Assembly: GCA_903859365.1 (NCBI GenBank)
Contig: CAIOMD010000002.1
Span: 17,931 to 81,930, forward strand
Length of the DNA: 64,000 nt
Source of the DNA: an uncultured Candidatus Saccharibacteria bacterium
GTDB taxonomy: Bacteria; Patescibacteriota; Saccharimonadia; Saccharimonadales; CAIOMD01
Direction of reading: 5' to 3'
Position 1 is the stretch's first letter. Each line of letters begins with the position of its first letter. Positions 1 to 8,906 of this stretch are shown here, one piece after another. The translations under genes and the position numbers were made by a program. The notes beneath the pieces are model-generated. The model was not told the DNA's origin. It saw only the letters and a program-made list of their open reading frames with translations, and did not search any database.

Positions 1-222
1 GAGATACAGTCCTGAATGTTTGCCACAATCGGTGGCGTAAGGATTAGCACGACATTGGTTCTCGGGGAAATGTATCGTCATAAATGCAGCAATCGCAATT
101 GCAATGTTTAACACTGATAGAACGAATGCTATTTTAGCGTACTTACCCTTTAGTAAGAGCGACACAACGGCCGTAAACGAAGAAATAATGAGGATTATGA
201 CAAATATAGCATTTACGTTCAT
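1..222 (-). CDS. hypothetical membrane-anchored protein, N-terminal part (gene runs off left edge)
   Basis: Own translation of the minus strand from ATG (complement of 220-222): MNVNAIFVIILIISSFTAVVSLLLKGKYAKIAFVLSVLNIAIAIAAFMTIHFPENQCRANPYATDCGKHSGLYL, open to position 1. Hydrophobic helices. Absent from the ORF track because there is no stop in the window. Confidence 0.4.
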   Translation of the reverse strand, partial: MNVNAIFVIILIISSFTAVVSLLLKGKYAKIAFVLSVLNIAIAIAAFMTIHFPENQCRANPYATDCGKHSGLYL

Positions 223-281
223 AGCTGCGATTATACCAATAAAAATCTCCACAAACCAGAGGAGATTAAGCATAAGCGTAT

Positions 282-358
282 TGGAGGGCCCAGTGGGACT
301 TGAACCCACGACACCCTGCTTAAAAGGCAGGTGCTCTAACCGGCTGAGCTATGGGCCC
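282..358 (-). tRNA. tRNA-Lys (anticodon TTT), copy 1
   Basis: Reverse complement GGGCCCATAGCTCAGCCGGTTAGAGCACCTGCCTTTTAAGCAGGGTGTCGTGGGTTCAAGTCCCACTGGGCCCTCCA folds as a cloverleaf: 7-bp acceptor, GCTC/GAGC D stem, CCTGC/GCAGG anticodon stem, loop CTTTTAA (anticodon TTT), GTGGG/CCCAC T stem with loop TTCAAGT, encoded CCA. Confidence 0.9.
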
Positions 359-397
359 GATATTTGCTAAAGATTTATATAAATTAACAATACGCTC

Positions 398-435
398 TTG
401 ACGAATATGTATACATAGTATACAATGTATACATG
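398..435 (+). promoter_or_regulatory. sigma70-type promoter with triple GTATAC operator, leaderless start of vapB
   Basis: TTGACG (398-403), 17-nt spacer, TACAAT (421-426), ATG at 433 (6 nt after the -10 box). GTATAC cores at 409-414, 418-423 and 427-432, exactly 9 bp apart. The 10-bp palindrome ATGTATACAT occurs twice (407-416, 425-434). Confidence 0.55.
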
Positions 436-684
436 AGTAACATTCAATACACAATTAGAAATATACCTGAACCTGTTGATCGGGTTATTAAAAAGCGCTC
501 TAAGCAATATGGCCGTTCGTTCAATCAGACAGTCATAGATCTTTTGTCTTTACAGACTTTTGGTACAACAGAGCTTCCAGAAGACGACAACTTTGACTTT
601 CTTTTTAACAAAAATACTCTTGATAATTCTTTTGATGAAGCTATAAAAGACATTTCAAAAGTTGATAAGAAGATATGGAAATAA
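433..684 (+). CDS. vapB: ribbon-helix-helix antitoxin (VapB/FitA-like)
   Basis: 83 aa. The N-terminus MSNIQYTIRNIPEPVDRVIKKRSKQYGRSFNQTVIDLL looks like a beta-strand plus two helices of Arc/MetJ-type antitoxins. Lies 3 nt upstream of the PIN toxin gene. Confidence 0.7.
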   Translation: MSNIQYTIRNIPEPVDRVIKKRSKQYGRSFNQTVIDLLSLQTFGTTELPEDDNFDFLFNKNTLDNSFDEAIKDISKVDKKIWK

Positions 685-687
685 CCT

Positions 688-1077
688 ATGTCATTCACTC
701 TGGATACTAGTGTATACTCCGCCTTCAATAGAGGCGATAAAAGGCTAAGGGCATGGTTTAGCCCTAACAATGATATTATTGTGCCAACTATAGTTATAGG
801 TGAATTACGCGCAGGTTTTAGTGCAGGCAGTAAGCAAAAAGAAAATGAAGAGTTGCTTCAAAGATTTCTAGATAGTCCAAATGTCTCTGTTCGGACTATA
901 TCAGACAAGACGACTGTGATTTACTCTCATATCTATCTATCACTTCGCAAAAAAGGCAAACCAATCGGATCAAACGATATGTGGATTGCAGCAATAGCAC
1001 TAGAACTAGATAATGAACTACTGACTTTGGATGATGACTTCAAAAACATATCAGATTTAATGCTGGGCTCTATATAG
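688..1077 (+). CDS. vapC: PIN-domain ribonuclease toxin VapC
   Basis: 129 aa with the conserved acidic PIN residues in context: LDTSV (Asp6), GELRAG (Glu), SNDMWIAA (Asp), LTLDDDF (Asp). Confidence 0.9.
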   Translation: MSFTLDTSVYSAFNRGDKRLRAWFSPNNDIIVPTIVIGELRAGFSAGSKQKENEELLQRFLDSPNVSVRTISDKTTVIYSHIYLSLRKKGKPIGSNDMWIAAIALELDNELLTLDDDFKNISDLMLGSI

Positions 1078-1141
1078 GATTAGTTTTGGAGGGCTATAGT
1101 GGAAACTATTGCAACCAATCTAAGAGAAAATAAAGAGATAT

Positions 1142-1765
1142 TTATAATAAATTTAGTTTTAGAAAATCTTCCAATGTAAGCACGTCATTATCTAATACAG
1201 CGTCGTATACATTAAATGACATACAGTTATTCTTGCCGTATTTACCCAGTCTAATTAGGTGGTATTTTATGGAAAGAATTGCCACTATCTGTTCTTGGCT
1301 TATGCCAGACAGTTTAGCCTTATAGTCATCATAATCCTTGTCAAACTTTTTAGCCCATTCATGTGTTTGAAACCATAAATCTATACCCCATTTCTCTCCT
1401 TCAAAGGGTATCTCAATGCCAAGCCAGTAGCCTTTAGGCATACCGGATCTAGTTCCAGTAAAGCCTACATTATCAACCGATGACACTTTTCTAACATATT
1501 CTGAGGATAATACATCGCTGACAAGAGCTACAAAGTCTTGTTTAGTAACTTTGTCTGATAAAATATCCATATCTAAATCTGGGTAAGCCATCAATCCATA
1601 ACCATAACTACCACCAATAGGCAGAACTGTACCGTATTTTGTAAATATTTCAGAAATACCAGTTTCTTTAAGCATCTTATCTGCTTGATTGTGTAGTCGG
1701 ACTTGTTCAGTAAGTAGTTCTTTAGACGTTATTTCAGCATTATCAAATTGCGGCAGTGTCATCAT
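1142..1765 (-). CDS. nucleotidyltransferase-fold (Pol-beta superfamily) protein
   Basis: 207 aa. IGGSYGYGLMAYPDLDMDI fits the G[SG]-x(9-13)-D-x-D minimal nucleotidyltransferase motif. No further family assignment is possible by eye. Confidence 0.6.
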   Translation of the reverse strand: MMTLPQFDNAEITSKELLTEQVRLHNQADKMLKETGISEIFTKYGTVLPIGGSYGYGLMAYPDLDMDILSDKVTKQDFVALVSDVLSSEYVRKVSSVDNVGFTGTRSGMPKGYWLGIEIPFEGEKWGIDLWFQTHEWAKKFDKDYDDYKAKLSGISQEQIVAILSIKYHLIRLGKYGKNNCMSFNVYDAVLDNDVLTLEDFLKLNLL

Positions 1766-1929
1766 ATTAAATTTCCTCTCGTAATTGTGATATTTCCTAT
1801 CCTACGTAATAATATAGATGTATACAAAATACTCCTAGTGGGTTTAGAACTTTATTACAGATAAGGAATATTATTTCTTACAACAATTGCGATGGTTGGA
1901 ACTTATTTTCATCTTATAAAAATACTTCT

Positions 1930-2006
1930 TGGAGGGCCCAGTGGGACTTGAACCCACGACACCCTGCTTAAAAGGCAGGTGCTCTAACCGGCTGAGCTAT
2001 GGGCCC
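1930..2006 (-). tRNA. tRNA-Lys (anticodon TTT), copy 2
   Basis: Base-for-base identical to 282-358. Similarity ends at the tRNA borders. Confidence 0.9.
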
Positions 2007-2061
2007 ACAAAAAAGCTGTTTTATTTTCTCTTATTTACCCCTATTTGTCAAACTGCTATCC

Positions 2062-2577
2062 CTATTTGCTACGATGTTTTTTGCCCTGTTTTTTGTCATG
2101 ATGCGGTTTTTTAAGCCACAAAATGACAAGGCTGACAATTATACCAGCAGACAAAACAATACCCACGTATCCGTGAATTTGGTGATACACGTTACTATCT
2201 TGAACACTTGATTGCGCTGCGTAGGGTAGGAATGTAGAAATAGCAGAAAAGCAAACAATGACAGCAACTGCATAGGTAAATATATGCAGCAAGATGTCTG
2301 CCTTAGCAGCTCGCCGATAAATGAACATCACGAGCAGTGCCGGTAAAACCAATAGTACAATTTGTACAATTGTAAAAATAGGAAGTGGTGACGTTACCTT
2401 GGAACCAATGCCATTAGTTAAGTCCCCACCTATTAAACCTGCTAAAATTTGCCCAACACATAAGGTAAAGAGCACAAGGGCGCCATTACTTCTAAGAATA
2501 AGCGGTAACGCACCGAATACAATAGAGCATGCTAGAAGTAATACAAGTGTACTATTCATATCCCATAAGCATAACAT
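2062..2577 (-). CDS. hypothetical polytopic membrane protein
   Basis: 171 aa with about 5 hydrophobic helices and a basic C-terminal tail. Its start abuts the stop of the upstream DUF192 gene. Confidence 0.6.
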   Translation of the reverse strand: MLCLWDMNSTLVLLLACSIVFGALPLILRSNGALVLFTLCVGQILAGLIGGDLTNGIGSKVTSPLPIFTIVQIVLLVLPALLVMFIYRRAAKADILLHIFTYAVAVIVCFSAISTFLPYAAQSSVQDSNVYHQIHGYVGIVLSAGIIVSLVILWLKKPHHDKKQGKKHRSK

Positions 2578-3075
2578 TTATCTAAAGTGAATCGAAGCGC
2601 CGACTGTAATTTTGTTTGCTTGTGCAATTCCTGCATTTACTTCGAGTACATAGCGACAGGCAGTTGTATTCTCGTGAATTGTTGGGTAATCATTTGGCTG
2701 CAGATTCGTCGCCTCGTACACCACCTTTCCACTGCTCGTAATCCAGATAATATCGAGAGGATAGTGCATGTCTTTCATCCACATCGCCCAATACCCTTCT
2801 TGCTTGAAATCAAACAACATTCCCTCATTTGCTCCTAGCGATTTTGTTCCAGACAAACCTTGCACTCGCAGTGCATTCGTACTTACATTTCTTACAACTA
2901 TCGTTGTCTGGCCAAGTTGTGCATACTTAAAAGGAATAATTGATCGTACTGCGATGCTTAAAGAAAATAGTAGTGCGAGTAAGCTACCGACTAAAAAATA
3001 GAGAAAAAATCTATTCTTAAGCGCCGACTCGGTCTTTTTTGTTTCTTTGCTTTGCATTTCGCTCAACGTATTCAA
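2578..3075 (-). CDS. DUF192 (COG1430) family protein with N-terminal membrane anchor
   Basis: GMLFDF...WMKDMHYPLDIIWI...YVLEVNAG matches the DUF192 pattern as I remember it. The start (3075 or Met at 3057) overlaps the rimK 3' end by 41-59 nt. Confidence 0.7.
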   Translation of the reverse strand: MNTLSEMQSKETKKTESALKNRFFLYFLVGSLLALLFSLSIAVRSIIPFKYAQLGQTTIVVRNVSTNALRVQGLSGTKSLGANEGMLFDFKQEGYWAMWMKDMHYPLDIIWITSSGKVVYEATNLQPNDYPTIHENTTACRYVLEVNAGIAQANKITVGASIHFR

Positions 3076-3919
3076 TTATCTTAGTAGCAACGTCTCGTCC
3101 TGTGATTTTTTCTATTCCAAAACCTGGGCTTGAATTCACTTCAAGGACAAGTGGACCTTTTGCACTTCGCATCATATCGACACCACAAATATGTAGTCCC
3201 ATTGCGCGGGCTGCCTTAAGCGCAGTTTTTTCTTCCTCTGGAGTAAGTTTAATAGTAGAGCCAGAGCCACCTTGGTGAAGATTTGATCGGAAGTCGTCAT
3301 CAAGACTTTGCCGCTTATAGCTCGCTACTACTCTACCTCCAACAACGAATGCACGAATATCGGTACCCGCAGATTCTTTAATAAATTCCTGTACAAGAAA
3401 GTTCACACCTTCTACGTAAAACGCTTGCATCACAGCTTGAGCAGCTTTTTTAGTCTCAGCAAGCACCACTCCGTTACCGTGCGTGCCACGAGCAACTTTA
3501 ATAATCACTGGTGCTCCGCCAGCCTTATCAATAACGTCTTCAAGATCTGCTGTTTCACGAGCAAAAACAGTCTTTGGAATTCCAACTCCTGCTTTCGCAA
3601 TAAGCTGGTATGAGCGAAGTTTATCTCTCGATCGTGTAATAGCAATCGAACTTGCAGTCGTATACACACCCTGCATCTCAAATTGACGAACAACCGCCGT
3701 ACCATATTTCGTATAACTTTGAGCGATTCGAGGAATAATAGCATCAAACCCAGTGAGCGGCTCACCTTCGTAGTGCACAACAGGGTTATTTTTTTCTACG
3801 GTCACATAACATTTAGCATAGTTAACAACCTGCACTTCATGACCACGCTCACGAGCAACTTCTTTAAGCCGTTTAGTAGAGTAGTTGCCTGATCCTTTTG
3901 AAAGTATTGCTATTCTCAT
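3017..3919 (-). CDS. rimK: RimK-family alpha-L-glutamate ligase (ATP-grasp)
   Basis: 300 aa. MRIAILS...YSTKRL N-terminus, ATP-grasp core (PVIIKVARGTHGNGVVL, DIRAFVVGG, GVDMM...GPLVLEVNSSPG), basic C-terminal tail. Confidence 0.9.
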   Translation of the reverse strand: MRIAILSKGSGNYSTKRLKEVARERGHEVQVVNYAKCYVTVEKNNPVVHYEGEPLTGFDAIIPRIAQSYTKYGTAVVRQFEMQGVYTTASSIAITRSRDKLRSYQLIAKAGVGIPKTVFARETADLEDVIDKAGGAPVIIKVARGTHGNGVVLAETKKAAQAVMQAFYVEGVNFLVQEFIKESAGTDIRAFVVGGRVVASYKRQSLDDDFRSNLHQGGSGSTIKLTPEEEKTALKAARAMGLHICGVDMMRSAKGPLVLEVNSSPGFGIEKITGRDVATKIIEYVERNAKQRNKKDRVGA

Positions 3920-3943
3920 AATTAATTTCCTATCTATCGAACC

Positions 3944-4408
3944 TTAACTGTTATTCAATGTTGCGTCAACCAAAAAATTGTATTGCCGTAAAAATTTACT
4001 ACCAATAAGTAGAGGGTACATCATAGAACTTCTATCAGACAAAGATAGGGTAATGTCGTATTGTTGCTGCCCTATAACTATTTGTGTTGTTATAAGATAA
4101 CGCATTTCAACGTCACCGTTAGAGCTTTTTACTTGTTTTTTTGAAAATTGATCTGTCTCTATGACAACTTCAGGATGATCAAAAGGTGAAAAAACTACCG
4201 ATTTTTTACCGTCCTGATCACGCTCAAAAATTTTAGTACAGTGAAAAGCACCAGAATAGGCTCCAGTGTCTATCTTGGCAACAATATTATCTATCCCAAA
4301 AAACGGGAAAGATACACGTTCGTAATTACCTATTATTGTCTTTGCATTCATACGTATAACCCTTTTGGTTAGTTTGCATATTATAGCATAATTATTAATT
4401 TTTATCAA
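3944..4408 (-). CDS. retropepsin-like aspartic protease (RimB / 'ATP-dependent zinc protease' COG4067 family)
   Basis: 154 aa. VAKIDTGAYSGAFHC matches the AKxDTGA core of the RimK-associated protease family. Lies immediately upstream of rimK and overlaps the upstream gene by 4 nt. Confidence 0.75.
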   Translation of the reverse strand: MIKINNYAIICKLTKRVIRMNAKTIIGNYERVSFPFFGIDNIVAKIDTGAYSGAFHCTKIFERDQDGKKSVVFSPFDHPEVVIETDQFSKKQVKSSNGDVEMRYLITTQIVIGQQQYDITLSLSDRSSMMYPLLIGSKFLRQYNFLVDATLNNS

Positions 4409-5709
4409 TACATCTTAGCAACATAAGCAACTTCTTTTTCAGACGTAGGATTGAACTTACCAATCATTACAAAATCAATAATTTCGTCAATCGTGTCACC
4501 TGCATCTAGGCGACCAAGCATATAACTACAAATAGTATCAAACCCATCTTGATACACAATATCTTTAGTAAAAACCCCGATGGCATCTTCAGTTCCAGGC
4601 GTACCTCGATAAATACGATTAACGTGTGCACGTGCCTTTGTTTCTACCTCACCTTGCGTATAATTCAAATCTGTTTGCGACCGTAGCGTTTCGCGCATTA
4701 CAACATACTGCATTAGTTCGGGTCTTGGCACCATTGTCTCCCCTAACGTTCCAAGCGCAATTGCAATATCTATGTATCGATCAGCATTTTTCTCTGGCAT
4801 GTGTTTAGTGACTGCGTACTCAAACAATGTGCCGAGGCCTTCTTCAGTATCGAGGTAATCAGGCAATCCAAAGGCAAGATTTTCGTCTATTTTTGCTCCA
4901 TTAATTGATCGTAGGGCATGCACAAGAAGTTCATGACAGAAAAGGCCCTTTAATTCTGACTTCGTCATTGCGGCACGATTTTTTCCCAGCTGCAACGTTT
5001 TAGTTTCTGGATCTACGGATATTACATCTTTATCTGAAATAATTTTCACCTTCCACGAACTGAAACCCGGTTCAATATCATTAAGTTTCGTAAGTGCGGT
5101 TTCAATTTTTTCCCTCGCCTGAGCTACAGTCATTCGCTCCTCTATATTTTCATCAGTAAATACATCGAGCGCTGCACTGTATCGACTATGAAGAAATTCT
5201 GAAATGTTATCTAAGAGAGGTTTAGGTGAGTCAGTTTCATGTTCCTCACGACTCGCTCGAGTATCGCTTGATCGTTTTGACTTGAGCCAGTTAAGATATT
5301 CATCTAGCAGTACTTGATCGACTTGTTCAATATTTTTTAACGCTTCAAATTGCTGAATGTGCTCATTTAGCAATTGGTTGGCCCGCTTTTTTAATGGCGT
5401 GCCAAATATTTCAATTGATGCTTGTGTGTATCTATCAAGCCAGTGAGCCTGCAAAGACTCGCTAGGGGCATTCATAGCGTTATGAGCGGTTTTTAGAAGA
5501 TAGTGGTAGGCTAACTGTCGAGTTGCTGTTTTTTCTTCAATAGAATGAGGTTGTGCGCTTAGTACCTCATCGAGTCTCGACTGTTCGTACGGCTCATTCT
5601 TCTCGACTGTTTCTTCAAGAAATTTATATTCTAAACTGTCCCCCAAATCGGTAGGGGTAAGTGGTTTTAGAATTGAAATTATTTTAGGTGCTTTGGCGTG
5701 TCGAGGCAT
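4405..5709 (-). CDS. DUF1704 / QEGLA-motif metallopeptidase-like protein (MATCAP-type carboxypeptidase family)
   Basis: 434 aa. HExxH in CHELLVHALR and TEEGLGTLFE (QEGLA-type motif). This family is a typical rimK neighbour. Confidence 0.7.
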   Translation of the reverse strand: MPRHAKAPKIISILKPLTPTDLGDSLEYKFLEETVEKNEPYEQSRLDEVLSAQPHSIEEKTATRQLAYHYLLKTAHNAMNAPSESLQAHWLDRYTQASIEIFGTPLKKRANQLLNEHIQQFEALKNIEQVDQVLLDEYLNWLKSKRSSDTRASREEHETDSPKPLLDNISEFLHSRYSAALDVFTDENIEERMTVAQAREKIETALTKLNDIEPGFSSWKVKIISDKDVISVDPETKTLQLGKNRAAMTKSELKGLFCHELLVHALRSINGAKIDENLAFGLPDYLDTEEGLGTLFEYAVTKHMPEKNADRYIDIAIALGTLGETMVPRPELMQYVVMRETLRSQTDLNYTQGEVETKARAHVNRIYRGTPGTEDAIGVFTKDIVYQDGFDTICSYMLGRLDAGDTIDEIIDFVMIGKFNPTSEKEVAYVAKMY

Positions 5710-5711
5710 CG

Positions 5712-5822
5712 TTACTTATTTGCCTTCATAACGCGTAAAAAAGCAAAGCCAATAGCACAAACTATCACTAGTACGATGGCTAAGAGCATTGGAACAAACC
5801 CTTGTTGATTTATCTTTCCCAT
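5712..5822 (-). CDS. possible 36-aa single-pass membrane peptide
   Basis: Own translation MGKINQQGFVPMLLAIVLVIVCAIGFAFLRVMKANK. The stop lies 3 nt before the DUF1704 start. No clear SD, so speculative. Confidence 0.3.
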   Translation of the reverse strand: MGKINQQGFVPMLLAIVLVIVCAIGFAFLRVMKANK

Positions 5823-5865
5823 TCTACTTATGATTATGAATTGAAAGATGTATTTTGTCTACTGT

Positions 5866-6963
5866 TTAGAAAAAACGTCGCTTGCCACCTTCTTTTTGGA
5901 AGGCTTCTAGTAGTTCTTTTTGATGTTTTGAAAGTTTCGTTGGTGTTGTGACATGAATCGTAACAATATGCGGCCCGCGGTTACTACTTTTTGGATGTGC
6001 AACTCCGTGACCCGAAATCTTAAAATCTGTACCGCTTTGTGTTCCAGCTGTTATTTTCATCGTTACTGCTCCATCTACTGTGTCGACCTTCATTTCACCA
6101 CCAATTGCGGCCGTTACCATATCTATTGATTCATGACTTAAAATAATATCACCTTCACGAGTGAATTTTTTATGAGATTTTACTCGAACAAATACATATA
6201 AATCACCCTTTGTTCCACCGCGCACCGCTTCACCATATTCGCGAAGTCTGATGGTTGCACCATCGTCAATTCCTGCAGGGATTTTTAATTCAACCGATTG
6301 TTCTTTACGCTTAACGCCCCGTCCGTGACAAACACTACAATCCTTTTCAGGTTTCTTACCGGTTCCATGACAATCATTACAAACACGGGCCTGTTGTATA
6401 TTACCGATAATAGTTTGCGTCACACTTACTACTTGACCCGATCCCCTACAGGTTGGGCACGTGACTACTTCAAACCCAGGTTCTGCCCCATTGCCTTTGC
6501 AATGCTCGCAAGCTGCGTCGAGATTGAGATGGATTGTTTTCTCAACCCCAAATACAGCCTCTTCAAATGTAAGTTCAATAGCAGTTTCAATATCTCGACC
6601 TCTTTGGCTTTGTTGACGCTGCTGCGACCCTCCTCCAAAGAAGCTACCGAACATATCGCCTAAATCACCAAAATCAAAATTCATGTTCTGGCCGTTAAAA
6701 TTAAAACCTCCGCCATTAAAATCATAAGCACCGCCGCCGCCATTACCGCCCACCCCTGCATGACCAAACTGATCATAGCGCTGCCGTTTATCAGAGTCCT
6801 TTAAGATTTCGTAGGCTTCATTAAGCTCTTTGAATTTTGTTTCATCACCACCCTGTTTATCGGGATGATGCAAGACAGCAAGCCGGCGGAATGCTTTTTT
6901 AATTTCATCCGCCGATGCGTCTTTAGAAACGCCTAGTACTTCGTAGTAATCCCGTTTTGCCAC
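5866..6963 (-). CDS. dnaJ: molecular chaperone DnaJ
   Basis: J domain with HPD (VLHHPDKQ), a G/F-rich linker, and four CxxCxGxG repeats (CEHCKGNG, CPTCRGSG, CNDCHGTG, CSVCHGRG). Confidence 0.95.
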   Translation of the reverse strand: MAKRDYYEVLGVSKDASADEIKKAFRRLAVLHHPDKQGGDETKFKELNEAYEILKDSDKRQRYDQFGHAGVGGNGGGGAYDFNGGGFNFNGQNMNFDFGDLGDMFGSFFGGGSQQRQQSQRGRDIETAIELTFEEAVFGVEKTIHLNLDAACEHCKGNGAEPGFEVVTCPTCRGSGQVVSVTQTIIGNIQQARVCNDCHGTGKKPEKDCSVCHGRGVKRKEQSVELKIPAGIDDGATIRLREYGEAVRGGTKGDLYVFVRVKSHKKFTREGDIILSHESIDMVTAAIGGEMKVDTVDGAVTMKITAGTQSGTDFKISGHGVAHPKSSNRGPHIVTIHVTTPTKLSKHQKELLEAFQKEGGKRRFF

Positions 6964-6988
6964 AAGCGCGCTCCTTACATTTGCTTAC

Positions 6989-8890
6989 TTATTTTTTATC
7001 TTTCTTTTCTTTTTTTTCTTCCGTATCTTCTACTACTTCGCCTTCAACGGGACCATCTTCTTTTTTATCACCTTCTTCGGAACCGGCCGCTGATTCATAT
7101 AGCTTGGCACCAATTGGCATCATTGTATCTGTGAGTTTTTTAGCAGCTTCTTCTAGCTTGTCTTTGTCATCACTTTCAATAGATTTTTTTGCTTCCTCAA
7201 CCGCTTCATCAAGTGTTTTTGCGTCTGCTTCGGAAACTTTATCTTTGTTATCTGACTTTAGCTTTTCAGCTTGGTATATTGCATTTTCAAGCATATTACG
7301 CGCATCAACTGCTTCACGTTTTTTCTTATCAGCTTCAGCATTTGCTTCTGCTTCTTTTCGCGCTTTTTCAACATCTTCCTTGGATAGATTTCCGCTGTTT
7401 TGAATCGTAATACTTTGTTCCTTATTCGTACCCTTGTCTTTAGCGGTTACATTCAAGATTCCATTAGCATCGAGATTAAACGTAACCTCAATCTGTGGGA
7501 CCCCTCGTGGTGCTGGTGCAATACCATCAAGTACAAAACGACCAAGTGACTTGTTGTCTGCTGCCATTTCTCGCTCACCCTGCAGTACATGAATTTCTAC
7601 TTGTGGCTGATTATCTGAAGCGGTACTAAATGTTTCGCTTTTTGATGTTGGAATAGTAGTATTTCTCTCAATTAGTTTTGTACTGACACCACCCATTGTT
7701 TCGATTCCAAGACTTAGTGGCGTTACATCAAGAAGCAACACGTCCTTCACGTCTCCTGCAAGTACTCCACCTTGAATAGCAGCGCCAACAGCAACTACCT
7801 CATCAGGATTGACTCCCTTCATCGGTTCTTTTCCGAAGATCTTTTGTACTTTTTCCTGAACCGCAGGCATGCGTGTCATACCACCAACAAGAATTACTGC
7901 ATCAATATCGCTAGCCTTTAGACCAGCATCTTTTAATGCCTTCTCACATGGAGCCGCAGTTCGATCTACGAGATCAGCAACTAAACTTTCAAGCTTTGAT
8001 CGAGTCAGCTTCGTTTCGAAATGAACAGGACCATCTGCAGTTGCTGTTAGAAATGGAAGATTAATGGTTACTTCGTTTGTAGTACTAAGTTCAATCTTCG
8101 CTTTTTCACCTTCATCACGCAGTCGTTGCAGTGCAGCTTTATCATCTGAGATATCTTGACCATTTTCTTTTTTAAACGTATCGATAAGATAGTTAACAAT
8201 CACACGGTCAAAGTCAGCACCACCTAAGTGCGTATCACCATTCGTACTCTTAACTTCAAAAACTCCATCACCAAGTTCAAGTATTGAAACGTCAAACGTT
8301 CCACCACCAAGATCATACACGGCAATCTTTTCGTCTTTGCCACCTTTATCTAATCCGTAAGCAAGTGCAGCTGCAGTTGGTTCATTAATGATTCGCTTTA
8401 CTTCAAGGCCAGCAATTTTACCAGCATCTTTAGTTGCTTGTCGTTGTGCGTCATCAAAATATGCAGGAACAGTTATGACTGCTTCATTAATTGTTTGGCC
8501 GGTGAATGCTTCAGCATCAGCTTTAAGCTTAGATAGCACCATTGCGCTTAATTCTTCTGCGCTATAGTCCTTATCCCCCATCTTCACCTTAACGCTATGT
8601 CCACTCTTGACCATTTCATAGCCCATGAGCTTAATATCTCGCTGTACTTCTTTGTCTTCCCAGCGTCGTCCAATTAAACGCTTCATTTCATAAATAGTGT
8701 TCTTTGGATTTGTCACGCTTTGACGTCGCGCTAATTGTCCGACTAATCGTTCGCCACTTTTATTGAGCGCAATAACACTAGGCGTTGTTCGATTACCTTC
8801 AGCATTAGCGATTATTTCTGGGTTTCCACCTTCCATAATTGCCATTGCACTGTTTGTTGTTCCTAAATCTATACCTAAAATTTTTCCCAT
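6989..8890 (-). CDS. dnaK: molecular chaperone DnaK (Hsp70)
   Basis: [30 protein letters not shown]. 633 aa with an acidic/lysine-rich tail. Confidence 0.97.
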   Translation of the reverse strand: MGKILGIDLGTTNSAMAIMEGGNPEIIANAEGNRTTPSVIALNKSGERLVGQLARRQSVTNPKNTIYEMKRLIGRRWEDKEVQRDIKLMGYEMVKSGHSVKVKMGDKDYSAEELSAMVLSKLKADAEAFTGQTINEAVITVPAYFDDAQRQATKDAGKIAGLEVKRIINEPTAAALAYGLDKGGKDEKIAVYDLGGGTFDVSILELGDGVFEVKSTNGDTHLGGADFDRVIVNYLIDTFKKENGQDISDDKAALQRLRDEGEKAKIELSTTNEVTINLPFLTATADGPVHFETKLTRSKLESLVADLVDRTAAPCEKALKDAGLKASDIDAVILVGGMTRMPAVQEKVQKIFGKEPMKGVNPDEVVAVGAAIQGGVLAGDVKDVLLLDVTPLSLGIETMGGVSTKLIERNTTIPTSKSETFSTASDNQPQVEIHVLQGEREMAADNKSLGRFVLDGIAPAPRGVPQIEVTFNLDANGILNVTAKDKGTNKEQSITIQNSGNLSKEDVEKARKEAEANAEADKKKREAVDARNMLENAIYQAEKLKSDNKDKVSEADAKTLDEAVEEAKKSIESDDKDKLEEAAKKLTDTMMPIGAKLYESAAGSEEGDKKEDGPVEGEVVEDTEEKKEKKDKK

Positions 8891-8906
8891 ATGAATACTC
8901 CTTATT

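Larger units (their letters stand above)
359..1929. mobile_element. cargo segment between two identical tRNA-Lys genes (vapBC plus nucleotidyltransferase); possible decayed integrative islet
   Basis: Flanked by a perfect 77-nt direct repeat (the whole tRNA). Content is addiction/accessory type. No recombinase gene is present, so mobility is only inferred. Confidence 0.3.

Noticed and set aside
104-370. 88-aa plus-strand ORF (also 1929-2114 and 1999-2211)
   Set aside because: They run straight through the tRNA-Lys genes (the shared peptide EGPVGLEPTTPCLKGRCSNRLSYGP is just the translated tRNA). A better minus-strand membrane ORF occupies 1-222.
3017-3075. 41-59-nt overlap between rimK and the DUF192 gene as a possible programmed-recoding site
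   Set aside because: It is more simply explained by uncertainty of the DUF192 start or an ordinary gene overlap in a compact genome. There is no slippery sequence or downstream structure.
6957-7403. 148-aa Ser-rich ORF antisense to dnaK (and the 73-aa ORF at 7189-7410)
   Set aside because: Low-complexity translation of the complement of the Lys/Glu-rich DnaK tail. It lies entirely inside a very well supported gene.
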